Positions 19,169-28,106 of a DNA stretch of 64,000 bases are shown here, one piece after another. The translations under genes were made by a program, and so were the position numbers. The DNA comes from Spirochaetaceae bacterium (lineage in GTDB: Bacteria > Spirochaetota > Spirochaetia > DSM-27196 > PWMO01). The DNA lies in NCBI GenBank assembly GCA_007693325.1, contig REDW01000090.1:32504-96503 (forward strand). The letters are read 5' to 3'. Within the stretch, counting starts at the first letter, position 1; each line of letters opens with the position of its first letter. The notes below the pieces were generated by a model. That model saw only the letters and a program-made list of their open reading frames with translations. It made no database searches and had not been told where the DNA came from.

Positions 19169-19280
19169 GGCGGCATTATAGAAGCCGCCGCAACGAGCTG
19201 TCTACTGTTAAGGGATTGCCGCGCAGCGGGTGGCCGGTTGACAGCCGTGCGTATTCCGATAGTCTGTCTGACAGGAATAC

Positions 19281-20480
19281 GTGATGCAACCCTTGGTCCA
19301 AACTTCGCCCTTTCTGGTTGGAACAGTCATTGCCCTCCTTTTTGCGGCCTGTGCTGTATCATCGGATCCGTCGGCTGACCGTGCCTCGGCACAGACTGCG
19401 GACAGCGGCGCGCTGGTGCAGCACGCCAGCGGCTTTGACATAGAGCAGCGCGACGGCTTCTGGCTGTTGACCGTCACACGGCCTTGGCTGGATGCGCGTT
19501 CGGATCTGCAGTACGCGCTGGTACCGCGGCAAGAGCGGTTAGGCAGTGAAGAGGCCTCAGCTGCCGTTGCCGCCGAAATCCCGCGGGCTGCCACCATTAT
19601 CCGAACCCCTGTCCGATCGATCGCAACGTTCTCGGCCAGCTTTCTCACTCCGCTCGAGATCCTGGATGCCCGGGAAAGTTGGGTTGGGCACGACGAACCG
19701 GCACGGGTCTACGCAGAATGGGCACGCGAGCGGGTGGATAGCGGGATGGTAACCCGGCTTGGAGACCAAACGGACGTGGACATCGAGCGTCTGCTGACGC
19801 TGCAGCCCGACGTGGTGATGATCAACGAGTACGAGCCCGATGGACCGGTATCTGCGCGCCTGGCCGCGGCCGGACTGCCGGTGCTGGTGAATGGGGACTG
19901 GCTGGAGACAAGCCCCCTGGGGCGCGCGGAATGGATCAAGGTATTCGGGCTGCTCTACGATCGCTGGGAGCAGGCGTTGCAGCGTTTTGCACAGATCGAG
20001 CAGTCCTATAGCGAGTTGCGTGGCCTGGCGGCTGACACGCACGCGCGGCCAACGGTCCTGACCAACGCCCCCTACGGCGGGGTCTGGTCGGTACCCGCCG
20101 GAGGAAGTTACACCGCGCAGCTCTTGCGCGATGCCGGATCGGATTACCTCTGGGATGACAGCCCCGGAACCGGGGCGCTGCATCTCGATCTGGAGCAGGT
20201 GTTTCTGCAGGCCCGCGACGCCGACGTCTGGATCAATCCGGGTGCGTGGCAAACGCTGGCCGACGCTGCGCGTCAGGACCCCCGGTTGACGGTGTTCGAG
20301 GCCTACAGAGACGGGCGAGTGTACAACTTTGACCGGCGCATCACCGCCGCTGGTGGTAACGACTACTTTGAATCCGGGCCGTACCGGCCCGATCTGGTAC
20401 TTGCGGATTTGACCCGCATTCTGCACCCGTATCTGCTGCCGGATCATGAGCTGCACTACTACCGCAGGATAGCGCGATGA
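19281..20480 (+). CDS. ABC transporter substrate-binding lipoprotein (iron-siderophore/cobalamin BtuF/FecB-type)
   Basis: Lipobox-like LLFAAC and a Peripla_BP_2-like pattern. The stop overlaps the next gene's start. Confidence 0.8.
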   Translation: MMQPLVQTSPFLVGTVIALLFAACAVSSDPSADRASAQTADSGALVQHASGFDIEQRDGFWLLTVTRPWLDARSDLQYALVPRQERLGSEEASAAVAAEIPRAATIIRTPVRSIATFSASFLTPLEILDARESWVGHDEPARVYAEWARERVDSGMVTRLGDQTDVDIERLLTLQPDVVMINEYEPDGPVSARLAAAGLPVLVNGDWLETSPLGRAEWIKVFGLLYDRWEQALQRFAQIEQSYSELRGLAADTHARPTVLTNAPYGGVWSVPAGGSYTAQLLRDAGSDYLWDDSPGTGALHLDLEQVFLQARDADVWINPGAWQTLADAARQDPRLTVFEAYRDGRVYNFDRRITAAGGNDYFESGPYRPDLVLADLTRILHPYLLPDHELHYYRRIAR

Positions 20481-21517
20481 ACCGCGGTGTGATGCTCCGC
20501 TTCGCGGTGCAGGGCGCAGCCCTGCTGGTCGCAGTGGCCGCCAGCATCTCGCTGGGATCGGTCTGGATTCCACTTGATGAGGTTGCGCGCGTAGTTGGCG
20601 GTGGCGAGGCTACCGTGGCGGTGTGGACCACGGTTATCCAGCAATTCCGGGTTCCACGCACGCTGACCGCTCTGCTGGCCGGGGCCGGTCTGGGAGTCAG
20701 CGGCCTGGTGATGCAGACCCTTTTTCGCAATCCCCTGGCCGGCCCGTTCGTGCTGGGGATCAGCTCCGGTGCCGGACTTGGGGTAGCGCTGCTGGTTTTA
20801 ACCGCAGGGAGCGCCGTGGGCGGCGTCTTCCTTTCGGTTGCAGGCGTATTTGGCGGTCTGGGCCACGCCGGAGCCGCTACGCTGGGGGCGGCGGCTGTAC
20901 TCGCCGGGGTGCTACTGGTTGCGCGCCGCTTGAGCAGCATGACGCTGCTGCTGCTGCTCGGTGTGTTGTTCGGTTACGCCGCTAACGCACTGACTACGGT
21001 ATTGATTCACTTTGCCGATGCTGAACGGATTCAATCGTATCTGCGCTGGACCTTCGGCAGTTTCTCGCACGTGCCGGTCTCAGAACTGTGGCTGATGGCG
21101 CTGTTGGTATTGGGCGGAACGATAGTAGCCTTCATCCCGGCGCACTCGCTCAACGTTCTGCTGATGGGAGACCACTACGCGGCCAGTGTCGGAGTCAAGA
21201 TCGCGCGGGTCCGCTTTGTGGCGGTGAGCGCTACCGCACTGCTGTCCGGTGCAATCACCGCGTACTGCGGCCCGATCGGTTTTGTCGGAGTGGCGGTGCC
21301 GCATCTGGCGCGGTCGATGTACTCCAGTTCCGATCATCGGGTCCTGCTCCCGGCTACCGCCCTGGCCGGGGCATTGATCGCTGTGCTGGCCGACATCATT
21401 GCCCGGTTGCCGGGAACCCAATACGTGCTGCCGTTGAATGCCGTGACGGCGCTGTTTGGAGCGCCGGTGGTCGCCTGGGTTCTACTGCGGCGCAGACCCA
21501 ACGAGGTCAGGTCATGA
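20477..21517 (+). CDS. FecCD/BtuC family ABC transporter permease
   Basis: FecCD pattern (QQFRVPRTLTALLAGAGLGVSGLVMQ, GPIGFVGVAVPHLAR). Confidence 0.9.
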   Translation: MNRGVMLRFAVQGAALLVAVAASISLGSVWIPLDEVARVVGGGEATVAVWTTVIQQFRVPRTLTALLAGAGLGVSGLVMQTLFRNPLAGPFVLGISSGAGLGVALLVLTAGSAVGGVFLSVAGVFGGLGHAGAATLGAAAVLAGVLLVARRLSSMTLLLLLGVLFGYAANALTTVLIHFADAERIQSYLRWTFGSFSHVPVSELWLMALLVLGGTIVAFIPAHSLNVLLMGDHYAASVGVKIARVRFVAVSATALLSGAITAYCGPIGFVGVAVPHLARSMYSSSDHRVLLPATALAGALIAVLADIIARLPGTQYVLPLNAVTALFGAPVVAWVLLRRRPNEVRS

Positions 21518-22542
21518 TGCCGGTGAGACAGCGCGACAACGTGCTTCACGCCCGCGGCCTGGCGGTTGGCTACGGGCAGGCCGGCGCCGAAGGGTGTACG
21601 GTACTTTCCTCGGTTGATATCGATGTTGCCGCCGGCGACCTGATCTGCGTTATCGGGCCTAATGGAGTGGGAAAATCAACGCTCTTGCGCACTATAGCCG
21701 GTCTGCAACACCCGCTGGCCGGCCAAATCAATCTGCTCGATGAATCGTTGTCCGCATGGCGCCCCCGCGAACGGGCGCGCAGGATAGCCGTGGTGCTTAC
21801 CGGATATGTCGATACCGGCTACATGAGCGTATGGTCGATGGTGGCGCTGGGACGTTTCCCCTACGCCGGTGGCTGGGGAAGACTGCAGGTCGAGGATCGG
21901 CACAAGATCGACCAAGCCCTGCTGACCGTGGGAATTGGCCATCTGGAGGGAAGACTCTTCTCGCACCTGAGCGACGGCGAGCGGCAGAAGGTGCTGATCG
22001 CACGCGCGCTGGCGCAGAACCCGGTTGTCCTTGTTCTTGACGAGCCAACGGCGTATCTTGACGTTACCGGCCGCGCTGAGACTATGCACACATTGCGCCG
22101 GCTGAGCCTGCACGGTCAACACGCGGTTGTGGTCTCGACGCACGATATCGAGTTGGCCCTGCGTACTGCAGATAAGCTGTGGCTGATCGGCAGCGACGGC
22201 AGCCTGCGCGTCGGGGCACCTGAGGATCTGGTGCTCAGCGGCGAGTTCGGAACTGTCTTTCGTACCGACCGCGTGAGCTTTGACGCGCAGAGCGGCAGCT
22301 TCACGGTCAACAGCGCTGCAGCTCGTCGGGCCACGTTGATCGGTAGCGGTCTGGCTCGCGAATGGACCGCGCGGGCGCTTCAGCGGCTCGGTTGTGCGGT
22401 GGTGGAGACTGATCCGCAGCCGGATGTACGCGTGGAGCTTCACGACACACGGCGCGCGGTCGGCATTCTGACTTCTGGTGACAGCGGCTGCCGCTTCGGC
22501 TCAATAGCCGAGCTGGCCGCAGCGTTGAAACAGGAGCGGTAG
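21514..22542 (+). CDS. ABC transporter ATP-binding protein (FecE/BtuD-type) with about 80-aa C-terminal extension
   Basis: The ATG at 21514 overlaps the permease stop (ATGA). Walker A GPNGVGKST, signature LSDGERQKV, Walker B VLVLDEPT. Confidence 0.85.
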   Translation: MMPVRQRDNVLHARGLAVGYGQAGAEGCTVLSSVDIDVAAGDLICVIGPNGVGKSTLLRTIAGLQHPLAGQINLLDESLSAWRPRERARRIAVVLTGYVDTGYMSVWSMVALGRFPYAGGWGRLQVEDRHKIDQALLTVGIGHLEGRLFSHLSDGERQKVLIARALAQNPVVLVLDEPTAYLDVTGRAETMHTLRRLSLHGQHAVVVSTHDIELALRTADKLWLIGSDGSLRVGAPEDLVLSGEFGTVFRTDRVSFDAQSGSFTVNSAAARRATLIGSGLAREWTARALQRLGCAVVETDPQPDVRVELHDTRRAVGILTSGDSGCRFGSIAELAAALKQER

Positions 22543-22553
22543 AAGGGGTAACC

Positions 22554-23111
22554 ATGGGTGAAGAGACGCCTTTTGAATGGGTAACCACGCGCGGCGGAGA
22601 CCGCGGAGAATCGGGCTACTATTCCGGTGAGTGGCGGCGCAAGGATGATCTGATATTTGCGGCAGTTGGCGATATCGACGAGGCCAACAGTTTCACCGGC
22701 GCTGCTCGCGCGGCGCTGCGCGCTGAGCTCGGCGATGAGTTCGGCCTGACCGTCATGCAGCGTACTCTGCTGCGCGTTGGTGCGATGGTGGCAACGTCTC
22801 CCGATCACGAGCTGTACGCCACTATAGAGCACGTTACCGATAGCGACGTTGAAGCACTCGAGGGCGTCGAGCAGAAGCTGCTGCAGAATACGCGCATCGA
22901 TCCGGTCTTTATACTTCCCGGCGAGACAGCGCTTTCTGCAGCCGTGGACGTGGCGCGCAGCGTTTGCCGCCGCAGCGAGCGCCGGTTGGTCAGCGTTATC
23001 CGCGAGCGTGGCCGCCACGATCTGCACGCCTGTCAGAACTACCTGAACCGCCTGTCCGACTATCTGTTTATTCTGGCGCGCCACGTCGAGCAGCGGGGCA
23101 AGCACCGCTGA
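22554..23111 (+). CDS. ATP:cob(I)alamin adenosyltransferase, PduO type
   Basis: PduO/MMAB pattern (TRGGDRGESG, DIDEANS, and the C-terminal RLSDYLFILAR motif). Confidence 0.85.
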   Translation: MGEETPFEWVTTRGGDRGESGYYSGEWRRKDDLIFAAVGDIDEANSFTGAARAALRAELGDEFGLTVMQRTLLRVGAMVATSPDHELYATIEHVTDSDVEALEGVEQKLLQNTRIDPVFILPGETALSAAVDVARSVCRRSERRLVSVIRERGRHDLHACQNYLNRLSDYLFILARHVEQRGKHR

Positions 23112-23113
23112 CG

Positions 23114-24127
23114 ATGCACGACTTTGGCGCCAACCCGGCAGCGATGCGAGCCTGCCGGGCGATGAACGATCTCGGCGCCGCCGCCCGACCGTTTGTGTTT
23201 GTACTCGACTACGCACTTCATGAACCGCTGGTTGTGCCGCTGCACCAGGTCGACGCTACGCAGTTGAAATACTGGATCCGCGGCGCCGGAAACGACCTGC
23301 AGCGCCCGCCGGCGGACCGTGTGCCTCCGCGAATCTCGGTTCTCAGTGCTCCGAGTCGCGCGCGCTATCGGCGGGCGTTTGACACCGTGCAGCAGCATCT
23401 GCGCTGCGGTAACTCTTACCTGGTCAACCTCACACTGCCGACCCGGATTGCAATCAGTGGTTCGCTCAGCGACCTCTTCTATCACAGCGAGGCCAAATAC
23501 CGTGTCTGGCTGCGTGACCGGTTTGTGGCGTTCTCACCCGAACCGTTTGTCACCATCGCCGATGGCGTGATCCGGTCTTGTCCAATGAAGGGCACGCGCA
23601 GCGGGGAAGGGCAGCGGCAGGCTGACGCCCTGTTGGCTGATCCCAAGGAGTACGCTGAGCACGTTACAATCGTCGATCTGATTCGAAACGATATCGGGCG
23701 TGTGGCGCGCCGGGTCAGCGTGGAGCGCTTCCGCTACGTAGAGACACTCAAGACAGACCGTGGCAGTCTGTTGCAGATGAGCTCGGAGATCGTCGGCCGG
23801 CTTGCGCCGGACTGGCCGGGTCGGATCGGCGATATCCTGCTGGCGATGCTTCCACCGGGATCGGTGACCGGAGCCCCCAAACAGATGACCTGCCGCATCA
23901 TTGCAGAGGCCGAGGGCTACCAGCGCGGCTTCTACACCGGGGTGGTCGGCCTGTTTGACGGACAGCAGCTAGATTCCGGCGTGCTGATCCGCTTCGTCGA
24001 GCAGACCGCTGAGGGATACCTGTTCAAGAGTGGCGGCGGCATTACTATCGACAGCCGGGTTGATCTGGAATATCAGGAGTTGCTGGACAAGATCTATGTG
24101 CCATTGCATCGAGACTATTCGCATTGA
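23114..24127 (+). CDS. pabB: chorismate-binding enzyme, short aminodeoxychorismate synthase component I-like
   Basis: Chorismate-binding C-terminal motifs (PGSVTGAPK, RGFYTGVVG, GGGIT). I chose the ATG at 23114, directly after the PduO stop. Confidence 0.7.
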   Translation: MHDFGANPAAMRACRAMNDLGAAARPFVFVLDYALHEPLVVPLHQVDATQLKYWIRGAGNDLQRPPADRVPPRISVLSAPSRARYRRAFDTVQQHLRCGNSYLVNLTLPTRIAISGSLSDLFYHSEAKYRVWLRDRFVAFSPEPFVTIADGVIRSCPMKGTRSGEGQRQADALLADPKEYAEHVTIVDLIRNDIGRVARRVSVERFRYVETLKTDRGSLLQMSSEIVGRLAPDWPGRIGDILLAMLPPGSVTGAPKQMTCRIIAEAEGYQRGFYTGVVGLFDGQQLDSGVLIRFVEQTAEGYLFKSGGGITIDSRVDLEYQELLDKIYVPLHRDYSH

Positions 24128-24698
24128 AGACGGCCGCCCACAGCAGCTGGTCTACCACCAGCGGCGGCTGGACGCAACGCGTCGAGAACTATTCCCCGGC
24201 GCCGGCCCGCTGCAGCTGAGTGAGGTTCTGCCGGCTGCTCTGCCGCAGACAGGTCTGCACAAGCTGCGGCTGACCTACGCCGAGACGCTGATACGGGTGG
24301 AAGTCGAGCCGTATCAGCGCCGGGCGCCAGCCTCGCTGAAGTGCGTTGTGGCCGATGACATCGACTACCGTTTCAAATGGGCTGATCGGACCGCGCTGCA
24401 GCGCCTGCTGGATCAGCGCGGTGAGGCCGATGAGATCATCATTGTACGTCACGGGATGGTTAGCGACAGCTCCTACAGCAACCTTGTCTTCTTTGACGGC
24501 GTTGACTGGCTGACACCCGCTGAGCCGCTGCTGTTCGGTACTATGCGCGAGCGGCTGCTGCAGCAGCACGCCATAACGGCTGAGTCGCTGTGGGTCGAAA
24601 AGCTACAGCGCTTCTCGTGCGTCTCGCTGATAAACGCCATGAATCCGCTGGGAGAAGTGGTGGTGCCTATCGAAGCCGTACAGATGCCGGACGGCTGA
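24096..24698 (+). CDS. pabC: class IV aminotransferase-fold protein, aminodeoxychorismate lyase-like (short form)
   Basis: Short ADC-lyase-like pattern (YHQRRL, NLVFFDG). Adjacent to and overlapping the pabB-like gene. Confidence 0.6.
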   Translation: MCHCIETIRIEDGRPQQLVYHQRRLDATRRELFPGAGPLQLSEVLPAALPQTGLHKLRLTYAETLIRVEVEPYQRRAPASLKCVVADDIDYRFKWADRTALQRLLDQRGEADEIIIVRHGMVSDSSYSNLVFFDGVDWLTPAEPLLFGTMRERLLQQHAITAESLWVEKLQRFSCVSLINAMNPLGEVVVPIEAVQMPDG

Positions 24699-24724
24699 TC
24701 CGCAGCGGCACAAAGCTATCCTGG

Positions 24725-25645
24725 CTATCTCGCGCAGCGAAACCCCATGTTGCCGGTAGCGCTGTCGGGTGTATTCGAAGAGCGCGCCGCAACGCGGTAG
24801 CGGTTGCAGTAGGAGTGGTGGCACAGGTACGAGCCTCCGCGCATTACGCGGGCGCTGCCGCTGTCGGGACCACGCGGATCCACACGTGGGCCATCGACGT
24901 GAAACGACGGGCTCCACCAGTCGGTACACCACTCCCAGACGTTGCCGGCCATGTTGAACAGTCCGAACCCGTTTGGCGCGTAGTGGCGCACCGGACAGGT
25001 TCCGATCCAGCCGTCCTCTGCGCTGTTGTGGGTTGGGAAGTCTCCCTGCCAGATGTTGCAGAAATGCTCGCCGCCGGAGGTAAGCTCATCTCCCCACACG
25101 TAGCGCTTCTGCACCAGCCCGCCACGGGCGGCGTACTCCCATTCGGCCTCGCTGGGCAGCCGTGTGCCGGACCAGCGGCAGAAGGCCTGCGCATCGTTCC
25201 ACGAGATATGAACCACCGGATGATCCATACGTTCGCGTATCGAGGAGCCTTTGCCTTCGGGACGGTGCCAGCACGCGCCTTCCACCGCGCGCCACCACGG
25301 CAGCCCGGGCACCTCACGTACGTGCCCGCGCTTGTGAGCCAGTTTGCTCACAAGCAGATGAAACACGAAGCACCAGCCGATACGCTCGCCCTCGGTCACG
25401 TAGCCGCTGTCGTTGACGAACTCGCCGAACTGGCGGTTACTGACGGCGTAGCGGCTGATCTTGAACGCGGACAATTGGACCTCGCGCACCGGCCCCTCGC
25501 CGTCGGCGGGGAACCCTTCGGAGTCGTCCGTTCCCATCAGGAACTCTCCGCCGTCGAGCGCCACCAGATCCTGGTGGACCGAGCCGCGCGGGCCCGCGCC
25601 TGCCTCCGCAGGCGGCGGTGCGTGGTCAGCCACTGTGTGCACCAC
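24725..25645 (-). CDS. formylglycine-generating enzyme (FGE/SUMF1 family)
   Basis: FGE-sulfatase domain with conserved WEWC and the catalytic cysteine pair region RGGSYLCHHSYCNRYR. Several GTG starts are possible between 25633 and 25645. Confidence 0.85.
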   Translation of the reverse strand: MVHTVADHAPPPAEAGAGPRGSVHQDLVALDGGEFLMGTDDSEGFPADGEGPVREVQLSAFKISRYAVSNRQFGEFVNDSGYVTEGERIGWCFVFHLLVSKLAHKRGHVREVPGLPWWRAVEGACWHRPEGKGSSIRERMDHPVVHISWNDAQAFCRWSGTRLPSEAEWEYAARGGLVQKRYVWGDELTSGGEHFCNIWQGDFPTHNSAEDGWIGTCPVRHYAPNGFGLFNMAGNVWEWCTDWWSPSFHVDGPRVDPRGPDSGSARVMRGGSYLCHHSYCNRYRVAARSSNTPDSATGNMGFRCAR

Positions 25646-26207
25646 TGGCCTGATCGGCTGGGCCGGGAAGCGGTTCAGGGCGGCTGCCGCAGCGGTTACC
25701 GTTGCCGATCTGCCGGCCTTCGGCCAGATGCAGATCGGTGTCGTAGATAACGTAGCTGACCGGGATCTCCTTGTTGCCTGCCGGAGTGTAGCCCATCACC
25801 GCACCGGGGTTGATCACCCAGCTGTTCGCATTGCGTTCGAGTGCGTACTGATGATTGTGGCCGTAACAGACTACATCGGCCTTTGAAGTGTCGATGGCAG
25901 CCGCCACGGTATCGTAGTGGGTAGCCACAAAGGAGCGCCCACCCAGTCTGCCACTGAACAGTTCGCCGTGAAGTTGAACGTTGTCGAACTTTGAAGCTGC
26001 CTCGGTGATGCGGTAGAGATCACCGTCGTTGTTGCCGAAGACGATGTGGATTGGCCGGCTGCCAAACCCGTCCACCAGTCGGGCAACCATGAATGGGGCG
26101 CACAGGTCACCGCAGCAGAGCATCGCATCGGCATCGTCCAGGACAGCGAGCACCGAGCGCAGGTTCCAGACGTTATCGTGAATATCCGAGATTATCGCGA
26201 TTTTCAC
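25626..26207 (-). CDS. metallophosphoesterase (YfcE/MJ0936-like)
   Basis: Motifs ISDIHDN, GDLC, GNND and GHNH. GTG start with AAGGAGG 7 nt upstream. Confidence 0.85.
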   Translation of the reverse strand: MKIAIISDIHDNVWNLRSVLAVLDDADAMLCCGDLCAPFMVARLVDGFGSRPIHIVFGNNDGDLYRITEAASKFDNVQLHGELFSGRLGGRSFVATHYDTVAAAIDTSKADVVCYGHNHQYALERNANSWVINPGAVMGYTPAGNKEIPVSYVIYDTDLHLAEGRQIGNGNRCGSRPEPLPGPADQASGAHSG

Positions 26208-26247
26208 CGGATGCCTCCTTGAGGGCCGTGTCTACTCCTCCTGTTAC

Positions 26248-26277
26248 ACTATAACAATGCGCCCCCGCGGCGTGCAA
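26248..26277 (-). promoter_or_regulatory. sigma70-like promoter TTGCAC-N18-TATAGT for the metallophosphoesterase/FGE pair
   Basis: Read on the minus strand about 40 nt upstream of the GTG start at 26207. Confidence 0.4.
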
Positions 26278-26300
26278 TATCGACTGCGCTTACTGTCCAA

Positions 26301-27851
26301 TCACTGATTTCTACCAAAATGGCGCATCAGGTCCCCTTCGTAAAACATCGCGTCGTGGTTGAGAATGCCGCTCGGATCAAAAAGGTCTTTGATCTCGCGC
26401 ATGGTTTCGTAGAGCGAGTCGCCCCATTCGCGGCGCAGATACGGCGCTCTCAGCCTGCCCATGCCGTGTTCCGCCGTGATTGTGCCGCCCAAAGAGAGCA
26501 CCAGCTCATAGGTCTCATCGGCTACCGCGCGAACGACGTCTGCCAGTGACGGATCGTGTGTGTCAAATAGTGGTCGCAAGTGAAGGTTGCCGTCGGCAGC
26601 ATGACCGTAGATCGGCAGCGGGATAGCACGTTTGGAGAAGATTGGGGTCAAAGCCTCCAGGAACGGTGCCAGGCTATCAACCGGGACACCGATGTCGTTG
26701 ACTACCGAGAGTGCACTGCGGCCATCTGAGCGGTTGCGCAGTTGCAGCATCATTCTCTTACGTACTTTCCAGAACGCTGCCTGCTGCCGCGGGTCGCTGA
26801 TGGCAATTGCGGTACGCGCACAAGTGTTGCCGTAGAGCCGGTCTGCGGCGTTGTGCGCGGTCTCTGCGGCGGCGCCGGGGCTGTCTGCGCTGTACTCAAC
26901 AACCAGCATTGAGCCGGCCGAAACTGCAAACGTGATACCCTGGTCTGCCAGCAGTTGCACACAGAAGCGGTTGAGTATTTCGCAGGCAGCCGGGTCGCTG
27001 CGACGGACCGCACTGACGGCATCACAGGCTTCAGCCTCGCTGTCAAACGAGAGCACCAGCAGGCTCTGGTCGGCCGGTGCGGTCGGGCAGCGAAGTCGGA
27101 CGGCTTCAATGATACCGAGGGTTCCTGCGCTGCCGGCAAACAGCGCGGTCAGGTCCGGACCGGGGGCTTCAAGCAGCGCGGTCAGGTTGTAGCCGCTGGC
27201 GGTCTTGCGCTGCTGGCCCGCGCGAAGACGCTCTAGCGCGTCACGGTCGGCGGAGAGGCCATCGGCTATCGTGCTGAGCCCTGTGCGAATCCTGGTTGGA
27301 ATCGTCTGTGGCTCGGCGGTATCGATCCGCGTTCCATCGGCCAGCAGCACCACCAGGGAGTCAAGATAGCGGTCGATGGCGCCGTGGCGCAGCGCGTGTG
27401 CTCCACTGGCGCGCGTGGCAACGTTTGCTCCGATGTAGGAAAGCGGTCCGCTGGAGGGATCGGACGGCAGGTGGAAACCGCGCTGGTTGAGCATGCTCTG
27501 CAGCCGGTCGTGACGCAGGCCGGCGGGAGCGGATGCCAGTAGCTCATCACCGCAATCCTGCAGCCGGACATCAGCGGCGTCGGAGGGTTGCGCAATCGGC
27601 AGCAGTACCACCCCTTCACCGATCGCCGAGCCACCGGTGTTGCTGGCCCCGGCACGTGCGGTAACCGGGATCCGTTCCTGGCTGCAGAATTGCAGCAGGC
27701 GGGAGACATCATCGGCATCGGCCGGCTCTACCACTGCAGCGGGTACAATAGAGTAGATACTCATGTCGGTTGAATGCTTCTGGCGGGTGCGCGCATCGGT
27801 GTAACAGGCACCCCGTAGATGGTCGGTGCAAAACCTTTTAAGCGAGATCAT
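26301..27851 (-). CDS. FAD-binding oxidoreductase (GlcD / D-lactate dehydrogenase family)
   Basis: FAD_binding_4 N-terminus (VVEPADADDVSRLLQFC, ARAGASNTGGSA) and the C-terminal FAD-oxidase motif (ITAEHGMGR). Confidence 0.85.
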   Translation of the reverse strand: MISLKRFCTDHLRGACYTDARTRQKHSTDMSIYSIVPAAVVEPADADDVSRLLQFCSQERIPVTARAGASNTGGSAIGEGVVLLPIAQPSDAADVRLQDCGDELLASAPAGLRHDRLQSMLNQRGFHLPSDPSSGPLSYIGANVATRASGAHALRHGAIDRYLDSLVVLLADGTRIDTAEPQTIPTRIRTGLSTIADGLSADRDALERLRAGQQRKTASGYNLTALLEAPGPDLTALFAGSAGTLGIIEAVRLRCPTAPADQSLLVLSFDSEAEACDAVSAVRRSDPAACEILNRFCVQLLADQGITFAVSAGSMLVVEYSADSPGAAAETAHNAADRLYGNTCARTAIAISDPRQQAAFWKVRKRMMLQLRNRSDGRSALSVVNDIGVPVDSLAPFLEALTPIFSKRAIPLPIYGHAADGNLHLRPLFDTHDPSLADVVRAVADETYELVLSLGGTITAEHGMGRLRAPYLRREWGDSLYETMREIKDLFDPSGILNHDAMFYEGDLMRHFGRNQ

Positions 27852-28106
27852 GTACTATAGGTAGCGCATTGTTCACCGCGAGTCAACGCGGAGTGCTATC
27901 TCAGCACCAGTATACCACCCACGATCAGCAGCAGTACCAGGAACAACGCCCGAATCAGAATCACCTTGATTGCTGGTTCCACATGCAAAGGATAGCAGAA
28001 CTTTGTTAGAATTCAATGAGTTTCGGTTCAAAAATTCGTAGCCCTGTTCGCGAGTCTCGGGTCTCGGCGATTGACCAACCACGGTTGGGGTGCTACCGTG
28101 CCGTCC

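Noticed and set aside
19169-19280. Cobalamin riboswitch upstream of the BtuF-like gene
   Set aside because: The spacer is only 112 nt. It contains a plausible TTGACA-N16-TAGTCT promoter and an 8-bp inverted repeat (CGTATTCC..GGAATACG). I could not find a B12-box-like core or enough length for the roughly 180-nt aptamer. An Rfam covariance-model scan would be the decisive check.
21088-21513. N-terminal 142-codon extension of the ABC ATPase ORF. Similar track extensions occur at 22964-23113, 28889-29128, 53945-54088, 32573-32746 and 13702-13755.
   Set aside because: The extensions overlap the preceding well-supported genes in another frame and add non-homologous sequence. Internal starts that overlap or abut the upstream stop, or that have an RBS, give family-typical N-termini.
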